Counted from the first letter of the stretch, positions 41,215 through 50,084 are shown. The stretch: 64,000 bases of DNA from Bacteroidaceae bacterium (GCA_045592125.1 JAZNUE010000012.1:1137-65136); one strand, 5' to 3'. Numbers and translations are program-made. The notes: generated from the letters alone by a model not told the origin.

Positions 41215-42147
41215 ATGAAAATATATTCAGCACCTTTACAAGGATTTACCGAGGTTGTGTGGCGCAATGTGCACAGCGCGCTCATCGGCGGCATTGACGG
41301 TTACTATACGCCGTTCCTGCGCTATGAGCATGGCGAGATACGCAGCAAGGATATACGCGATGTTGAGCGCAAGAACAATACAGCACCCAATCTCGTTCCG
41401 CAGATTATTGCTGCTACACCCCAGGAAATGCACCCTCTTATGGAATTTATAGCAAAAGAAGACTACAGTCGTGTAGATATAAACATGGGCTGCTCGTTTC
41501 CCCTGCAGGCACGCAAGAAGCACGGAGCAGGCCTTCTGCCCCACCCCGACATGGTCGCTACCCTGCTTGAGGCCGCTGCCGGATACAAGGATTTCACATT
41601 CTCGGTTAAAATGCGCCTTGGATGGGAAAGCAAGGACGAATGGCGCGCCCTGTTGCCGGCACTCAATTCTGCACCTCTCGAGCACATTGCCATGCACCCG
41701 CGTTTGGGAGTTGAGCAGTATAAGAAACCTGCCGATGTTGAAGCATTTGCCGAATTTCTTGAGGCATGCAGCAATCCCGTAATATATAATGGCGATATAG
41801 TCTCGCTTGCCGATATACAGCGCCTTGAACAGCAGTTCCCTTCGCTCAAAGGAATAATGATTGGCCGCGGGCTGCTGGCCAATCCTGCACTAGGCATAGA
41901 ATACAGCCAAGGCCGTGAGTTGCCAACCGAAGAACTGTGCAGGCTTGTGCAGGCAATGCACGACGAAATGTTCGCCCAGCTCTCGACCCGCCTTCAAGGC
42001 AACACCCAGTTCCTCACAAAGATGAAACCCTATTGGGAGTACCTGCTCCCCACCCTTCCCAAGCGCCTGAGGAAACCAATACTCAAGGCAACCACAATTG
42101 AGAAATACCAGTCAGCAGTGGTCAATGCTCTAAGGGGAGATTGGTAA
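41215..42147 (+). CDS. tRNA-dihydrouridine synthase family protein
   Basis: The TIM-barrel Dus signature is present: APLQGFT, DINMGCSFP (catalytic Cys region), and VKMRLGW...HPR. Confidence 0.8.
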   Translation: MKIYSAPLQGFTEVVWRNVHSALIGGIDGYYTPFLRYEHGEIRSKDIRDVERKNNTAPNLVPQIIAATPQEMHPLMEFIAKEDYSRVDINMGCSFPLQARKKHGAGLLPHPDMVATLLEAAAGYKDFTFSVKMRLGWESKDEWRALLPALNSAPLEHIAMHPRLGVEQYKKPADVEAFAEFLEACSNPVIYNGDIVSLADIQRLEQQFPSLKGIMIGRGLLANPALGIEYSQGRELPTEELCRLVQAMHDEMFAQLSTRLQGNTQFLTKMKPYWEYLLPTLPKRLRKPILKATTIEKYQSAVVNALRGDW

Positions 42148-42169
42148 ACATGTATTCTATTATATAGTC

Positions 42170-42195
42170 AAGCCGGTTGATATATCAACCGGCTT
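42170..42195 (+). terminator. Terminator hairpin after dus
   Basis: The stem AAGCCGGTTGAT-AT-ATCAACCGGCTT is followed by TTTT. Confidence 0.65.
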
Positions 42196-42377
42196 TTTAC
42201 GTAAACTCAATTAATCCTTATTGTAATGGAATATGCTCAATGAGAGTTGTTTCGTGTAACTTGTTGTGTATGAATAATATGCAAACTGTAGTTGTACAAA
42301 TGTACCTTATTCTTAGTCTCGAAAATAATAAATATTTCAAAGAACTATTTGTCGGTTTTACGTAACAAATATTTACA

Positions 42378-42614
42378 TTATCCAAGAATCTTCGCCGCCC
42401 TGCCTGTTGATGCCAACAGCCTGAAACGTATGTTCCTGGCATTGAACTCATCTATAAGGAGTTTTACCATTGTGGTCTTTCCCGTACCGGCATAACCACG
42501 TAGAATGAACACACGTGAACCTGCGTCGTTGACAAACTCCAGCATCTTGTCAAAAGCCTGTTGCTGATGCGGGGTGAGCGTAATGCTTTTCTTATTGTTA
42601 CTTGCACAATTCAT
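42378..42614 (-). pseudogene. 5' stump of a RecD/Pif1-like AAA helicase gene
   Basis: LTPHQQQAFDKMLEFVNDAGSRVFILRGYAGTGKTTMVKLLIDEF...LLASTGRAAKILG is a typical helicase N-terminus with Walker A. The ORF stops after ~78 aa and runs into AT-rich non-coding DNA. Its start overlaps the csx1-like 3' end. Confidence 0.6.
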
Positions 42615-44310
42615 ATTCCCTGAATTTTTCAAAACCGAAAACTACACAGCGTTCATTATTCCCGATTTCCTGAACAATGCGTTTTGTTGTTGATGCCACG
42701 CATCTGTATCCTGCCTTTTGAAGGCGCGTAAGCAGTGAGAAACAGAATGTCTGCTCTCCCATCAGGTGAACGACAGCTGAATAAGGTGATGCAATAGCTT
42801 TTATTTTGTCAAGATATTCATCGGCAAGTAGCGCTAGTTTTTTTGTGCTGTCATTTGTGTCAATCTCAGGAAAAGGTATGTCAATAATGCTCCCATACTC
42901 TAATGCAGCATTACGCTGTTCGTCATCCCATTTGTCCGATGGGTGGTTTGAAATGTTGATGAAGTATGTTTCTCCGACAGTAGGGACCGGCTTTTCCACA
43001 GGCTCCTCACTGCATTCGGCAAAGTATTCCTCAAAAAACCGAAGACACTCCTCTATGGCTCTCTTGATTTTTGTTGGTTGCATAGGAACTTGACTGCTGC
43101 GCATTCCTGAATGGTTATAATCGTTACGGATTCTTGTCAGGTGTGAGAACTTGTTTACAATATCTCTATCACCGAGTAATTCATCTGTCAGTATCTCATT
43201 TACTTTATCTGGGATGCTCTCCTCACGCTCCAGTATCGTACTGTCTGCCAAACAGGCAAAGGCGATATTAATATAGCCTCTTTCACGCTCATTTACTAAC
43301 TGTATGTTGTGGCGTGATGCAAAGAATGAGACAATACCTTCCTGCAGAATTGTCGCAGACTGTTGGTACAGTCCTTTTTCAAAACACCAACGTGCCGCAT
43401 AAATTGTATTCATGACATTGCAGTTGGGATCAAAAGGTTCAAGGCTCTCATTTACCTTCTTGAATATCGGATTCAATGGCGAAATGAACGTTTTCGCATT
43501 CTCCGTGGCACGTTCTTTAACCGATTTGATTGTTGATGCATCAATTATGTTCGCACCTCGGCACAGATAAAGGTCATCAATCAGCGTGGCAAGCGACTTT
43601 ATATACTTATTTAAAAGTATAGTGCTCTCATCACGTCTATCCGGGTCACGCAGTATAGGTTTCAATTCAGCGTCGCATAGTTCACATAACCTTTTAACGC
43701 TTCCGCTATCCACGAATTGTCCTGCCGCGAAACTCCAGTCAAGCACAGCCTGCAAAGATGTCAAGTCTATGATGGGAGCAATGTCTGTTGTCTTATTGCG
43801 TGATTCGTAATTGCCGTATGTGACACTTGCTATGCGTATATCCTTTAAGAATTTTGCATAGAATGAAAGTGTTAGTACCAGCATTGGCAGGAAACGGAAT
43901 CCGTGTGTGATGTCAAAGTATATCTCATCATTATTGCCAATGGCTTCAAAAACCCTATTGAATATTTTCCATATTTCCTCTTCGCTGTTTCCGTTGGGAA
44001 GGTCTTCAATAGTTACAATCCTGCATGGCATATTCATCTTTTCAAGACGTGTGTGCAAGCCCTCACATTCAATCGCCTCGCCAGTATCGCGGTTGGTGTG
44101 TCCGTTGTCTACCCAATTGGAGCAACGGGCTCCCTCTGTCATCAGTATCAGTACCAGATCATCAGCATTCCATTCATTAGTTCTTAAATGGTAGTCTATT
44201 GTCGCTTCCTGGATGAAACGTACAGGTAACGATAGGAATTCATCCTTCTTGTATTGGCAACAAGCATAGTTAGAAGAGCCAAGAACAGAAATAAAAACTT
44301 TTCTTCCCAT
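42598..44310 (-). CDS. csx1: Csx1-type CARF-HEPN effector (DxTHG family) with an additional C-terminal domain
   Basis: The N-terminal Rossmann/CARF domain starts MGRKVFISVLGSS and contains the motif FDITHGFRFLP (DxTHG, aa 133-137). The HEPN R-x4-H motif IRNDYNHSG lies at aa 395-400. About 125 extra residues follow (aa ~447-570). Confidence 0.8.
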   Translation of the reverse strand: MGRKVFISVLGSSNYACCQYKKDEFLSLPVRFIQEATIDYHLRTNEWNADDLVLILMTEGARCSNWVDNGHTNRDTGEAIECEGLHTRLEKMNMPCRIVTIEDLPNGNSEEEIWKIFNRVFEAIGNNDEIYFDITHGFRFLPMLVLTLSFYAKFLKDIRIASVTYGNYESRNKTTDIAPIIDLTSLQAVLDWSFAAGQFVDSGSVKRLCELCDAELKPILRDPDRRDESTILLNKYIKSLATLIDDLYLCRGANIIDASTIKSVKERATENAKTFISPLNPIFKKVNESLEPFDPNCNVMNTIYAARWCFEKGLYQQSATILQEGIVSFFASRHNIQLVNERERGYINIAFACLADSTILEREESIPDKVNEILTDELLGDRDIVNKFSHLTRIRNDYNHSGMRSSQVPMQPTKIKRAIEECLRFFEEYFAECSEEPVEKPVPTVGETYFINISNHPSDKWDDEQRNAALEYGSIIDIPFPEIDTNDSTKKLALLADEYLDKIKAIASPYSAVVHLMGEQTFCFSLLTRLQKAGYRCVASTTKRIVQEIGNNERCVVFGFEKFREYELCK

Positions 44311-44312
44311 CT

Positions 44313-45458
44313 TTATCTTGCGTTAATATTATACAATTCAGAATCAAGCAAAAGAGACAATGCCTTGTTTACGGGAAACAATGAAGGCTCTTGCAGAGAA
44401 AAGTGAAGAATCGAGTTCTCTTCGCATTTCTGTATTGCATTGTCTTTCATTACAGCATCTGTTACAAATAGCCCCTTACTACCCATTCCACCGTATGTCT
44501 TTATGACATTGCGGAATTTGTCAATATCTATAGTGTTGTAAATCTGAGTCTTGCACTCAACAAACAGCACCTTTGTACCTGTGTTGACAATTATATCGAC
44601 TTCGTTCTTGTCTACTCCTGTACGGAAAGGGAAATGGCAATTGAGAAATATTTCTTTTGCATTGGGCCATTCAGAAATTATCTTTGCTACTTTGTACTCG
44701 AACCAACCAGAATTAAACAACAAATCAATTATATGAGGTGATTTTATTTCTTTATTCAGTGAACTTCCATTGTTTTTCTTTATACAAACAACAACTTTTC
44801 CATTATCACCAGTCTGTGCCGGTTTTTCCCATTTCACACTTGAACCTCTTATGGTTTGGAAAAAACCATTATTGCTGTTCTGTAGTGTCTTCTTGTTGGA
44901 GTCAGGAAGCGTTGTTACTAAGGAATTGAATTCTTGGAAGTTGAACTTTCGTAATTCTTCAATGATTGTTATGGCGCTTTCATCCTCTTTTGTGTAGCTC
45001 TCCAGACTTACACAGTTCCCGTCAATGGAATTTCCATATAATCGAAACAAGGCCTTCATATCAAATTGAAAGTTCTCTATTTTTGCCATTGTGCTATAAT
45101 TCCATAAAACATTATTCTGGTCAATATATACTATACTCGCATTTGGTTGTTTATCAAACAGAATACCGAACCAGTATGCCCAGGACTTTAGTCCGCTTGT
45201 TATGTTTACTACAATACCATCCTCTTTGAACTTTTGTGCAAGAGTTTCTGCCTTATTCTTTATTTCAAATGGATCTGTCGGTGACAATAAGTGAGACTCC
45301 GAATCGGTCGCGATTTCTTTTTTCAAGGTTTCAAGTGCCTTGATACTATCCCATGACTCAGAATGTATATATACAATGTAATCAGGCGAAGTTGCCATTA
45401 TGGCATTGTATACCGGAGCGGCTTCGCGTCCTAAAAGGGTTATATGAACTTTCCTCAT
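44313..45458 (-). CDS. can2: Can2/Card1-family CARF nuclease (CARF + DUF1887 PD-D/ExK domain)
   Basis: The N-terminal CARF-like domain shows KVHITLLGREAAPVYNAI...VVNITSGLKSW. The C-terminal nuclease signature is GWFEYKV ... NEVDIIVNTGTKVLFVECKT ... GGMGSKGLFV. Confidence 0.8.
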   Translation of the reverse strand: MRKVHITLLGREAAPVYNAIMATSPDYIVYIHSESWDSIKALETLKKEIATDSESHLLSPTDPFEIKNKAETLAQKFKEDGIVVNITSGLKSWAYWFGILFDKQPNASIVYIDQNNVLWNYSTMAKIENFQFDMKALFRLYGNSIDGNCVSLESYTKEDESAITIIEELRKFNFQEFNSLVTTLPDSNKKTLQNSNNGFFQTIRGSSVKWEKPAQTGDNGKVVVCIKKNNGSSLNKEIKSPHIIDLLFNSGWFEYKVAKIISEWPNAKEIFLNCHFPFRTGVDKNEVDIIVNTGTKVLFVECKTQIYNTIDIDKFRNVIKTYGGMGSKGLFVTDAVMKDNAIQKCEENSILHFSLQEPSLFPVNKALSLLLDSELYNINAR

Positions 45459-45459
45459 T

Positions 45460-46719
45460 TTACTCCGTTTTTAACAACCATTTCCACAAAGGAATAACCT
45501 CTATAGTAATGTCATTGAGAGTTATGGTTTCTTCTTCGTTATAGGTAATTATTGTCAGTTTTTTAGCATTCAAATGCTTACAGACTTTCAACAAGGCGGA
45601 AATCTCGCGTTCGCGGGTTTCATCATCGGCAATAGAATAGGAAACCTGTAACAACCAATCGTGCTCCGGTATATAGAAATCCACCTCTACTGCTTTGTTG
45701 TAGAAATACACTTCATCGCCATATTTCTTTTTCAGTTCAATAGCGACACGGTTTTCGAGCAGCGAGGTTTCGGGATCGGTAAGGAATAGGTTCAGGATAC
45801 CGTTATCGCGGAAATAGTATTTTTTTGCACTCTCTTTTTCGGCAAACTTGGCAGCATAGTTGCACATACTGAACAACAACCACGTTTCTTCCATATATTT
45901 CATATATTCTATAATGGTCGATGTCTGTACTTTCTGACCAGCTGAAGATACTATGTTTGCCAAACGGGTGAATGAAGAGGGTTGCTTTATGCTCTCTGAT
46001 ATTTTTTTTGCCAAAAGTTTTAGTGAAAAGTCATTTCTTATCTTATAACGGGCTATAAGGTCACCAAGGAATATTTTTTGATATAAACTTGACAGCCAGG
46101 CACGCTTTTGCACAATATTTACACTTTCGGGAAAACCGCCATATGTGAAATAATGGGTAAACATGCGAAGCAGAGCATTTGTAGTCTTTGTATTGTATTC
46201 CCAATTCTTTTCCAATGCAATGTTGTTTGCACGCAGATATTCGCTGAAAGAGTATGGATATACTTCTTGAATTACATATCTGCCACCAAGAGTGGTTGCA
46301 ACCTCACTGCTTAACATCTTTGCATTGCTGCCGGTAATATACACTCTGTACTTTTCATTGGCCAAACGTCGTGCAAACTTTTCCCAATGTTCAACATTCT
46401 GGATTTCATCAAGAAATAATATTGGGGTACACTCATCCAATTGATAGTGCGCTTGCAATATTAGATCCAAATCATCAGCAGTCATGCCAATCAAACGTTC
46501 ATCGTCCATGTTTATATAGACAATTTCATCTATTGAATGGCCCTTTTTCAGCAGCTGGTGTATGCGTTGATACATCAAATAGGACTTTCCGGCCTGGCGA
46601 ATACCAACGAATACGTAGTTAAGATTGTCTTCTAACTGAATATCCCTTTCTACGTATTCAACACCTGCAATAACAGCCCTGTTTGCAATCAATATCTTCT
46701 TTAAGAGTTCAATGTCCAT
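45460..46719 (-). CDS. AAA+ ATPase of the AAA_14/DUF4143 (COG1373-like) family
   Basis: Walker A is GIRQAGKSY and Walker B is ILFLDEIQ. The C-terminal restriction-endonuclease-like tail reads LENRVAIELKK...EVDFYIPEHDWLLQVSYS. The gene sits between csm5 and the CARF effector genes. Confidence 0.75.
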   Translation of the reverse strand: MDIELLKKILIANRAVIAGVEYVERDIQLEDNLNYVFVGIRQAGKSYLMYQRIHQLLKKGHSIDEIVYINMDDERLIGMTADDLDLILQAHYQLDECTPILFLDEIQNVEHWEKFARRLANEKYRVYITGSNAKMLSSEVATTLGGRYVIQEVYPYSFSEYLRANNIALEKNWEYNTKTTNALLRMFTHYFTYGGFPESVNIVQKRAWLSSLYQKIFLGDLIARYKIRNDFSLKLLAKKISESIKQPSSFTRLANIVSSAGQKVQTSTIIEYMKYMEETWLLFSMCNYAAKFAEKESAKKYYFRDNGILNLFLTDPETSLLENRVAIELKKKYGDEVYFYNKAVEVDFYIPEHDWLLQVSYSIADDETREREISALLKVCKHLNAKKLTIITYNEEETITLNDITIEVIPLWKWLLKTE

Positions 46720-46743
46720 ACTATTTCATTTAATCATCAACTG

Positions 46744-46751
46744 CAAAAATA
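46744..46751 (-). promoter_or_regulatory. TAnnTTTG promoter motif for the accessory operon
   Basis: The minus strand reads tatttttg 25 nt upstream of the ATPase ATG at 46719. Confidence 0.4.
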
Positions 46752-46792
46752 CATCTTTATTCGATATAACAAATAAAACAAAGTTGTTTTTG

Positions 46793-46839
46793 TTTGATAT
46801 AACACACGAAATCAATGTGTTTTTACATGTTATATCAAA
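46793..46839. promoter_or_regulatory. 12-bp perfect inverted repeat (TTTGATATAACA / TGTTATATCAAA): terminator or operator between csm5 and the accessory operon
   Basis: The arms are at 46793-46804 and 46828-46839. A third direct copy of GATATAACA is at 46763-46771. Confidence 0.5.
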
Positions 46840-46849
46840 CAAAAAATGG

Positions 46850-47980
46850 CTACAACAATGTCAACTTTACAAAGCCGAGCACATCAACACCTTCATTTTC
46901 AATTTCGTACACACGGCGCGATTTAGGGAAGTCGTAACCACTGTATTTTTCATTGTTTTTTGGTCTTGACATTGGAACAATCTTTTCATTGAAATTGCGC
47001 AGGACTTCAGTCCATGCTCCGGTAGTAAAGCGCCATCCCGATGCATGCCCTACCCTAAGAATACACTCCTTTCCATCCTTCACATCTTCGGTTTCGGCAA
47101 TAAGACCTTCAACAAACTCGATATAGCTGTCTGCGCCCGAAAGTTCTTCCGCAACTCCACTCCAGTATTCCAATTCCTCTTCAAGCAGTTTTTTTGTATG
47201 ATTATTTATGGTTATGAATAATTTCTCTAACGAACTCATACATTCAGGCAGTTTGTGGATAAGTTCCTCACGGTCATTTTTAACGACATCCTTCTTGAAC
47301 CTTATTTCAAGTTCCGCTTCTTCTCCACTGTTGATAGTCTCTATTGCCTGTGGCTTTGATTTGTCAATCAGGCTGTCGCGCTCCCTGATATTGATGTTTA
47401 TCGCATTAAGTACCGTCTCGCACTCTCCATTGAAATAGGCATCGCCAACCTGAAGAAAGCGCATATATGAGGTATTGGATGCAGTAACACCTTTCTTTCC
47501 TTCGGGTGCCGGTTTGCTGAATACTCTTTCCTCAATTCTTGAGCAGGCATTTTCTTTCTTGAAGCCGATGAGGTTTGCCATTCCGTCTTCTTTGCCCTTG
47601 AGTTCGGTGGCAAGCACAGCTGTCCTTATTGCACCCTTCAGCGAACTGCCTGGGATATAAGGCAATCCACGTCCATCGTGGATGCACTCTTTTACCGTAG
47701 AACCGTTTGAATAGCATTCCATTGTTCTCTTGGCATATTCGGCTGGAGACGCTACATTCATTCCTTGGCGGGCAATGAACCCTGCAATATCCTCGTTTCC
47801 TTCAATTGAACTAACCCAGGCGTCCACTCTTTCCGCTCCAATGATATCCAATACCTTACGGTGGTCAATGATGTACAATTTGCCACCTTTGACTACATAA
47901 TCCATGCCCTTGTATAGCATATTCCCGCTGCCAATGTGTACCGGAGTCAGGGTTTCTATCCTTACTTTACTCATAATCAA
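46850..47980 (-). CDS. csm5: Type III-A RAMP protein Csm5
   Basis: Motifs seen are VRIETLTPVHIGSG and PYIPGSSLKGAIRTAV. The length is ~375 aa and the gene occupies the last position of the csm operon. Confidence 0.85.
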   Translation of the reverse strand: MIMSKVRIETLTPVHIGSGNMLYKGMDYVVKGGKLYIIDHRKVLDIIGAERVDAWVSSIEGNEDIAGFIARQGMNVASPAEYAKRTMECYSNGSTVKECIHDGRGLPYIPGSSLKGAIRTAVLATELKGKEDGMANLIGFKKENACSRIEERVFSKPAPEGKKGVTASNTSYMRFLQVGDAYFNGECETVLNAININIRERDSLIDKSKPQAIETINSGEEAELEIRFKKDVVKNDREELIHKLPECMSSLEKLFITINNHTKKLLEEELEYWSGVAEELSGADSYIEFVEGLIAETEDVKDGKECILRVGHASGWRFTTGAWTEVLRNFNEKIVPMSRPKNNEKYSGYDFPKSRRVYEIENEGVDVLGFVKLTLL

Positions 47981-48956
47981 CAGTTTTTATTGGTAATGCC
48001 AAACTGCGGCCACTGCGGTAGACCGGATGCATTTTCTCATTGTTCCATTCAGGAGCAACGTTGACTACACATCCTCTTGGGCAGCTCCTCATCTTCAGCA
48101 CCGATGCTGTGTCGAACATGTAGACGGGTTTTTTCAGCAGATGCCTGAGTTCTGTAACACTGCTGCCCGACATATATCCGTCACGTTGTGACAACTCATA
48201 GCGTGAATCTTCAAGATGAATCTCCTTTAGTTCCTCTTCGCAAGGAATATATTGCGATAACAACAGAATGCTGTCGGCGTCTTTCACATCGGGCAGTTCT
48301 ATTGTTGAGAACTCAACATCAAACATTCCGCCACCAACGCTTCTGTCGCTTCCCAATCCTCTTTCGCCAAGTTCTTCAAATAGATTTTTCAGTTCTTCTA
48401 TCACAACCGGTTCGGCATCTATTATGCAGTACAATCCGGCATCCTTTGCAAAGAACTTCCATTCAAAGAAGAATGGTACAGCATCGGACATGCCGTCTCT
48501 TGACACTGCAACACGTTGGTGTACCGCTGTGGTATAAGGCATATTGAAGTTGCCGGCATCTTGTGCCGGGACAAGGAATTCTCCATTGAATTGTTCCTGT
48601 GAAATTGTGGGTTGTTGACCGGCAACAACCTTGTTCCATATTGAGTGCTCAATGAATTTCACCTTTTTTGCCTTCTTGCGCACAAGATCTTCATCAGTTC
48701 CGTTAAAGGCGAGGCGTCCTGCCGGTTTTGGCAGATAGTAAGCATTGCCACTGTACGGGAATGCAGAACTGACAGCGAAACTATCTAAGAATTCATGCAC
48801 TTCTTTTCCCTCTTTCAGCTGTGCATACAATGAGGCAAGAGCTCCCGATATCGTATCGCTGTAAAGATATGGCGATGCGGTATCGTATTCACTGCGCCCG
48901 GCACCTATGTGCAGTGGTGACATGTTCTTGAATTTGACAATAGTGTATCTTGCCAT
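47967..48956 (-). CDS. csm4: Type III-A Csm4 (Cas5-like RAMP)
   Basis: MARYTIVKFKNMSPLHIGAGRSEYDTASPYLYSDTISGALAS is a typical Csm4 N-terminus. The protein is 329 aa and a G-rich segment (ERGLGSDRSVGGG) is present. Confidence 0.85.
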   Translation of the reverse strand: MARYTIVKFKNMSPLHIGAGRSEYDTASPYLYSDTISGALASLYAQLKEGKEVHEFLDSFAVSSAFPYSGNAYYLPKPAGRLAFNGTDEDLVRKKAKKVKFIEHSIWNKVVAGQQPTISQEQFNGEFLVPAQDAGNFNMPYTTAVHQRVAVSRDGMSDAVPFFFEWKFFAKDAGLYCIIDAEPVVIEELKNLFEELGERGLGSDRSVGGGMFDVEFSTIELPDVKDADSILLLSQYIPCEEELKEIHLEDSRYELSQRDGYMSGSSVTELRHLLKKPVYMFDTASVLKMRSCPRGCVVNVAPEWNNEKMHPVYRSGRSLALPIKTVDYE

Positions 48957-48967
48957 AATTAGAGACT

Positions 48968-49609
48968 TTAATCAATATATGTCTTTTCTTCTGTTGAGTA
49001 ATCAAGCACAATCTGACCATATCCACGCGAACCTGAACCGCCAAGATAATCATCGTGTAACAGTGCAATCGCTTCATCAAGAAGTTTCTTCAGGTCTGCC
49101 TCATCATCTGTGTCAAAGATATTGAGTACCATATTAAGTTTGAATTTAGCACCGGCTGGCACTCGCTCGTATGTCCTTGGATTGGCTGCAGAAGTCACAC
49201 GGTCAATGTTCGCCTCAGTCTTGCTCTCGGTATAAAGCAAGTCGGTGTTGTTGAACTTCTCGATATCATCAATAATCATCTCTCCATCTCTCACGATGAG
49301 ACGTGAAGGCTGGCCACCGTCATTGGCTGCAACACCAAAAAGACGTCCTGACTCCGATTGGGGATTATTGCTTGCTTTACAGTTCCCGTTCTTGTCAACA
49401 GTCATGCAACCATATGCAAGTTCCAACAATGACCTCAGTTTGCCTTTTAAAGAACTACCAGGGATGTATGGCAGATTATTCAATGGATTACGTACTACAA
49501 ACTTGTCTGGACCACCTATGTTGAGCGCTGTGTTTGTTCCACCTATGTGAAGACCGGTCTTCAATGTGATAGTACCGGTATATATTATTTTCTTTAATAG
49601 TTTTGTCAT
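48968..49609 (-). CDS. csm3: Type III-A Csm3 (Cas7 backbone/RNase subunit)
   Basis: The sequence shows strong collinearity with known Csm3 proteins: TGLHIGG, GGPDKFVVRNP (Asp at the catalytic position), PYIPGSSLKGKLRS, RLFG, ANPRTYERVPAGAKF and DDYLGGSGSRGYGQI. Confidence 0.92.
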   Translation of the reverse strand: MTKLLKKIIYTGTITLKTGLHIGGTNTALNIGGPDKFVVRNPLNNLPYIPGSSLKGKLRSLLELAYGCMTVDKNGNCKASNNPQSESGRLFGVAANDGGQPSRLIVRDGEMIIDDIEKFNNTDLLYTESKTEANIDRVTSAANPRTYERVPAGAKFKLNMVLNIFDTDDEADLKKLLDEAIALLHDDYLGGSGSRGYGQIVLDYSTEEKTYID

Positions 49610-49628
49610 GGCTATAATGTTTTAATGG

Positions 49629-50072
49629 TTAGTTATCTCTACCTCCGTATGCCTTATGGTATGCAACAATGGCCTCCATAATATTACAGAAATTAATGTA
49701 ATGTCTGTTTTCCGTAACACTGTCAAAACAGTCATCAAAAACAAATTTGAACATCTTCAGTCCATCGATGTTCTTATCTCTTCCGACAGTGTATGCCACT
49801 TTCGGCTTAAGGAGGTAGAATGCAGCCTTTTCGCGTTCAAAATCCATTTGAATACGCTTGATTTCGCTATAGATATTACGTATCTTTGATGTTGTCAGCC
49901 CGTTCTTTGCCATATATTTGCCGACTTTTTCAGCAAAGACTACAAAATCCTTATCTATTCCCGAGATAATCCAATCCTTCTTGAACCCATAGCTCCTGTA
50001 TTCTGCGTTGGGGTCTGTCTTATCCCTTTTGGGCGCTCCGTTATACCCTCCTTTTTGATAGTTTCCGTTCAT
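49629..50072 (-). CDS. csm2: Type III-A small subunit Csm2 (Cas11)
   Basis: 147 aa. Motifs seen are LTTSKIRNIYSEIKRIQ, LLKPKVAYTVGR and MEAIVAYHKAYGG. The gene lies immediately after cas10. Confidence 0.88.
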   Translation of the reverse strand: MNGNYQKGGYNGAPKRDKTDPNAEYRSYGFKKDWIISGIDKDFVVFAEKVGKYMAKNGLTTSKIRNIYSEIKRIQMDFEREKAAFYLLKPKVAYTVGRDKNIDGLKMFKFVFDDCFDSVTENRHYINFCNIMEAIVAYHKAYGGRDN

Positions 50073-50084
50073 AAATCAAAATAT

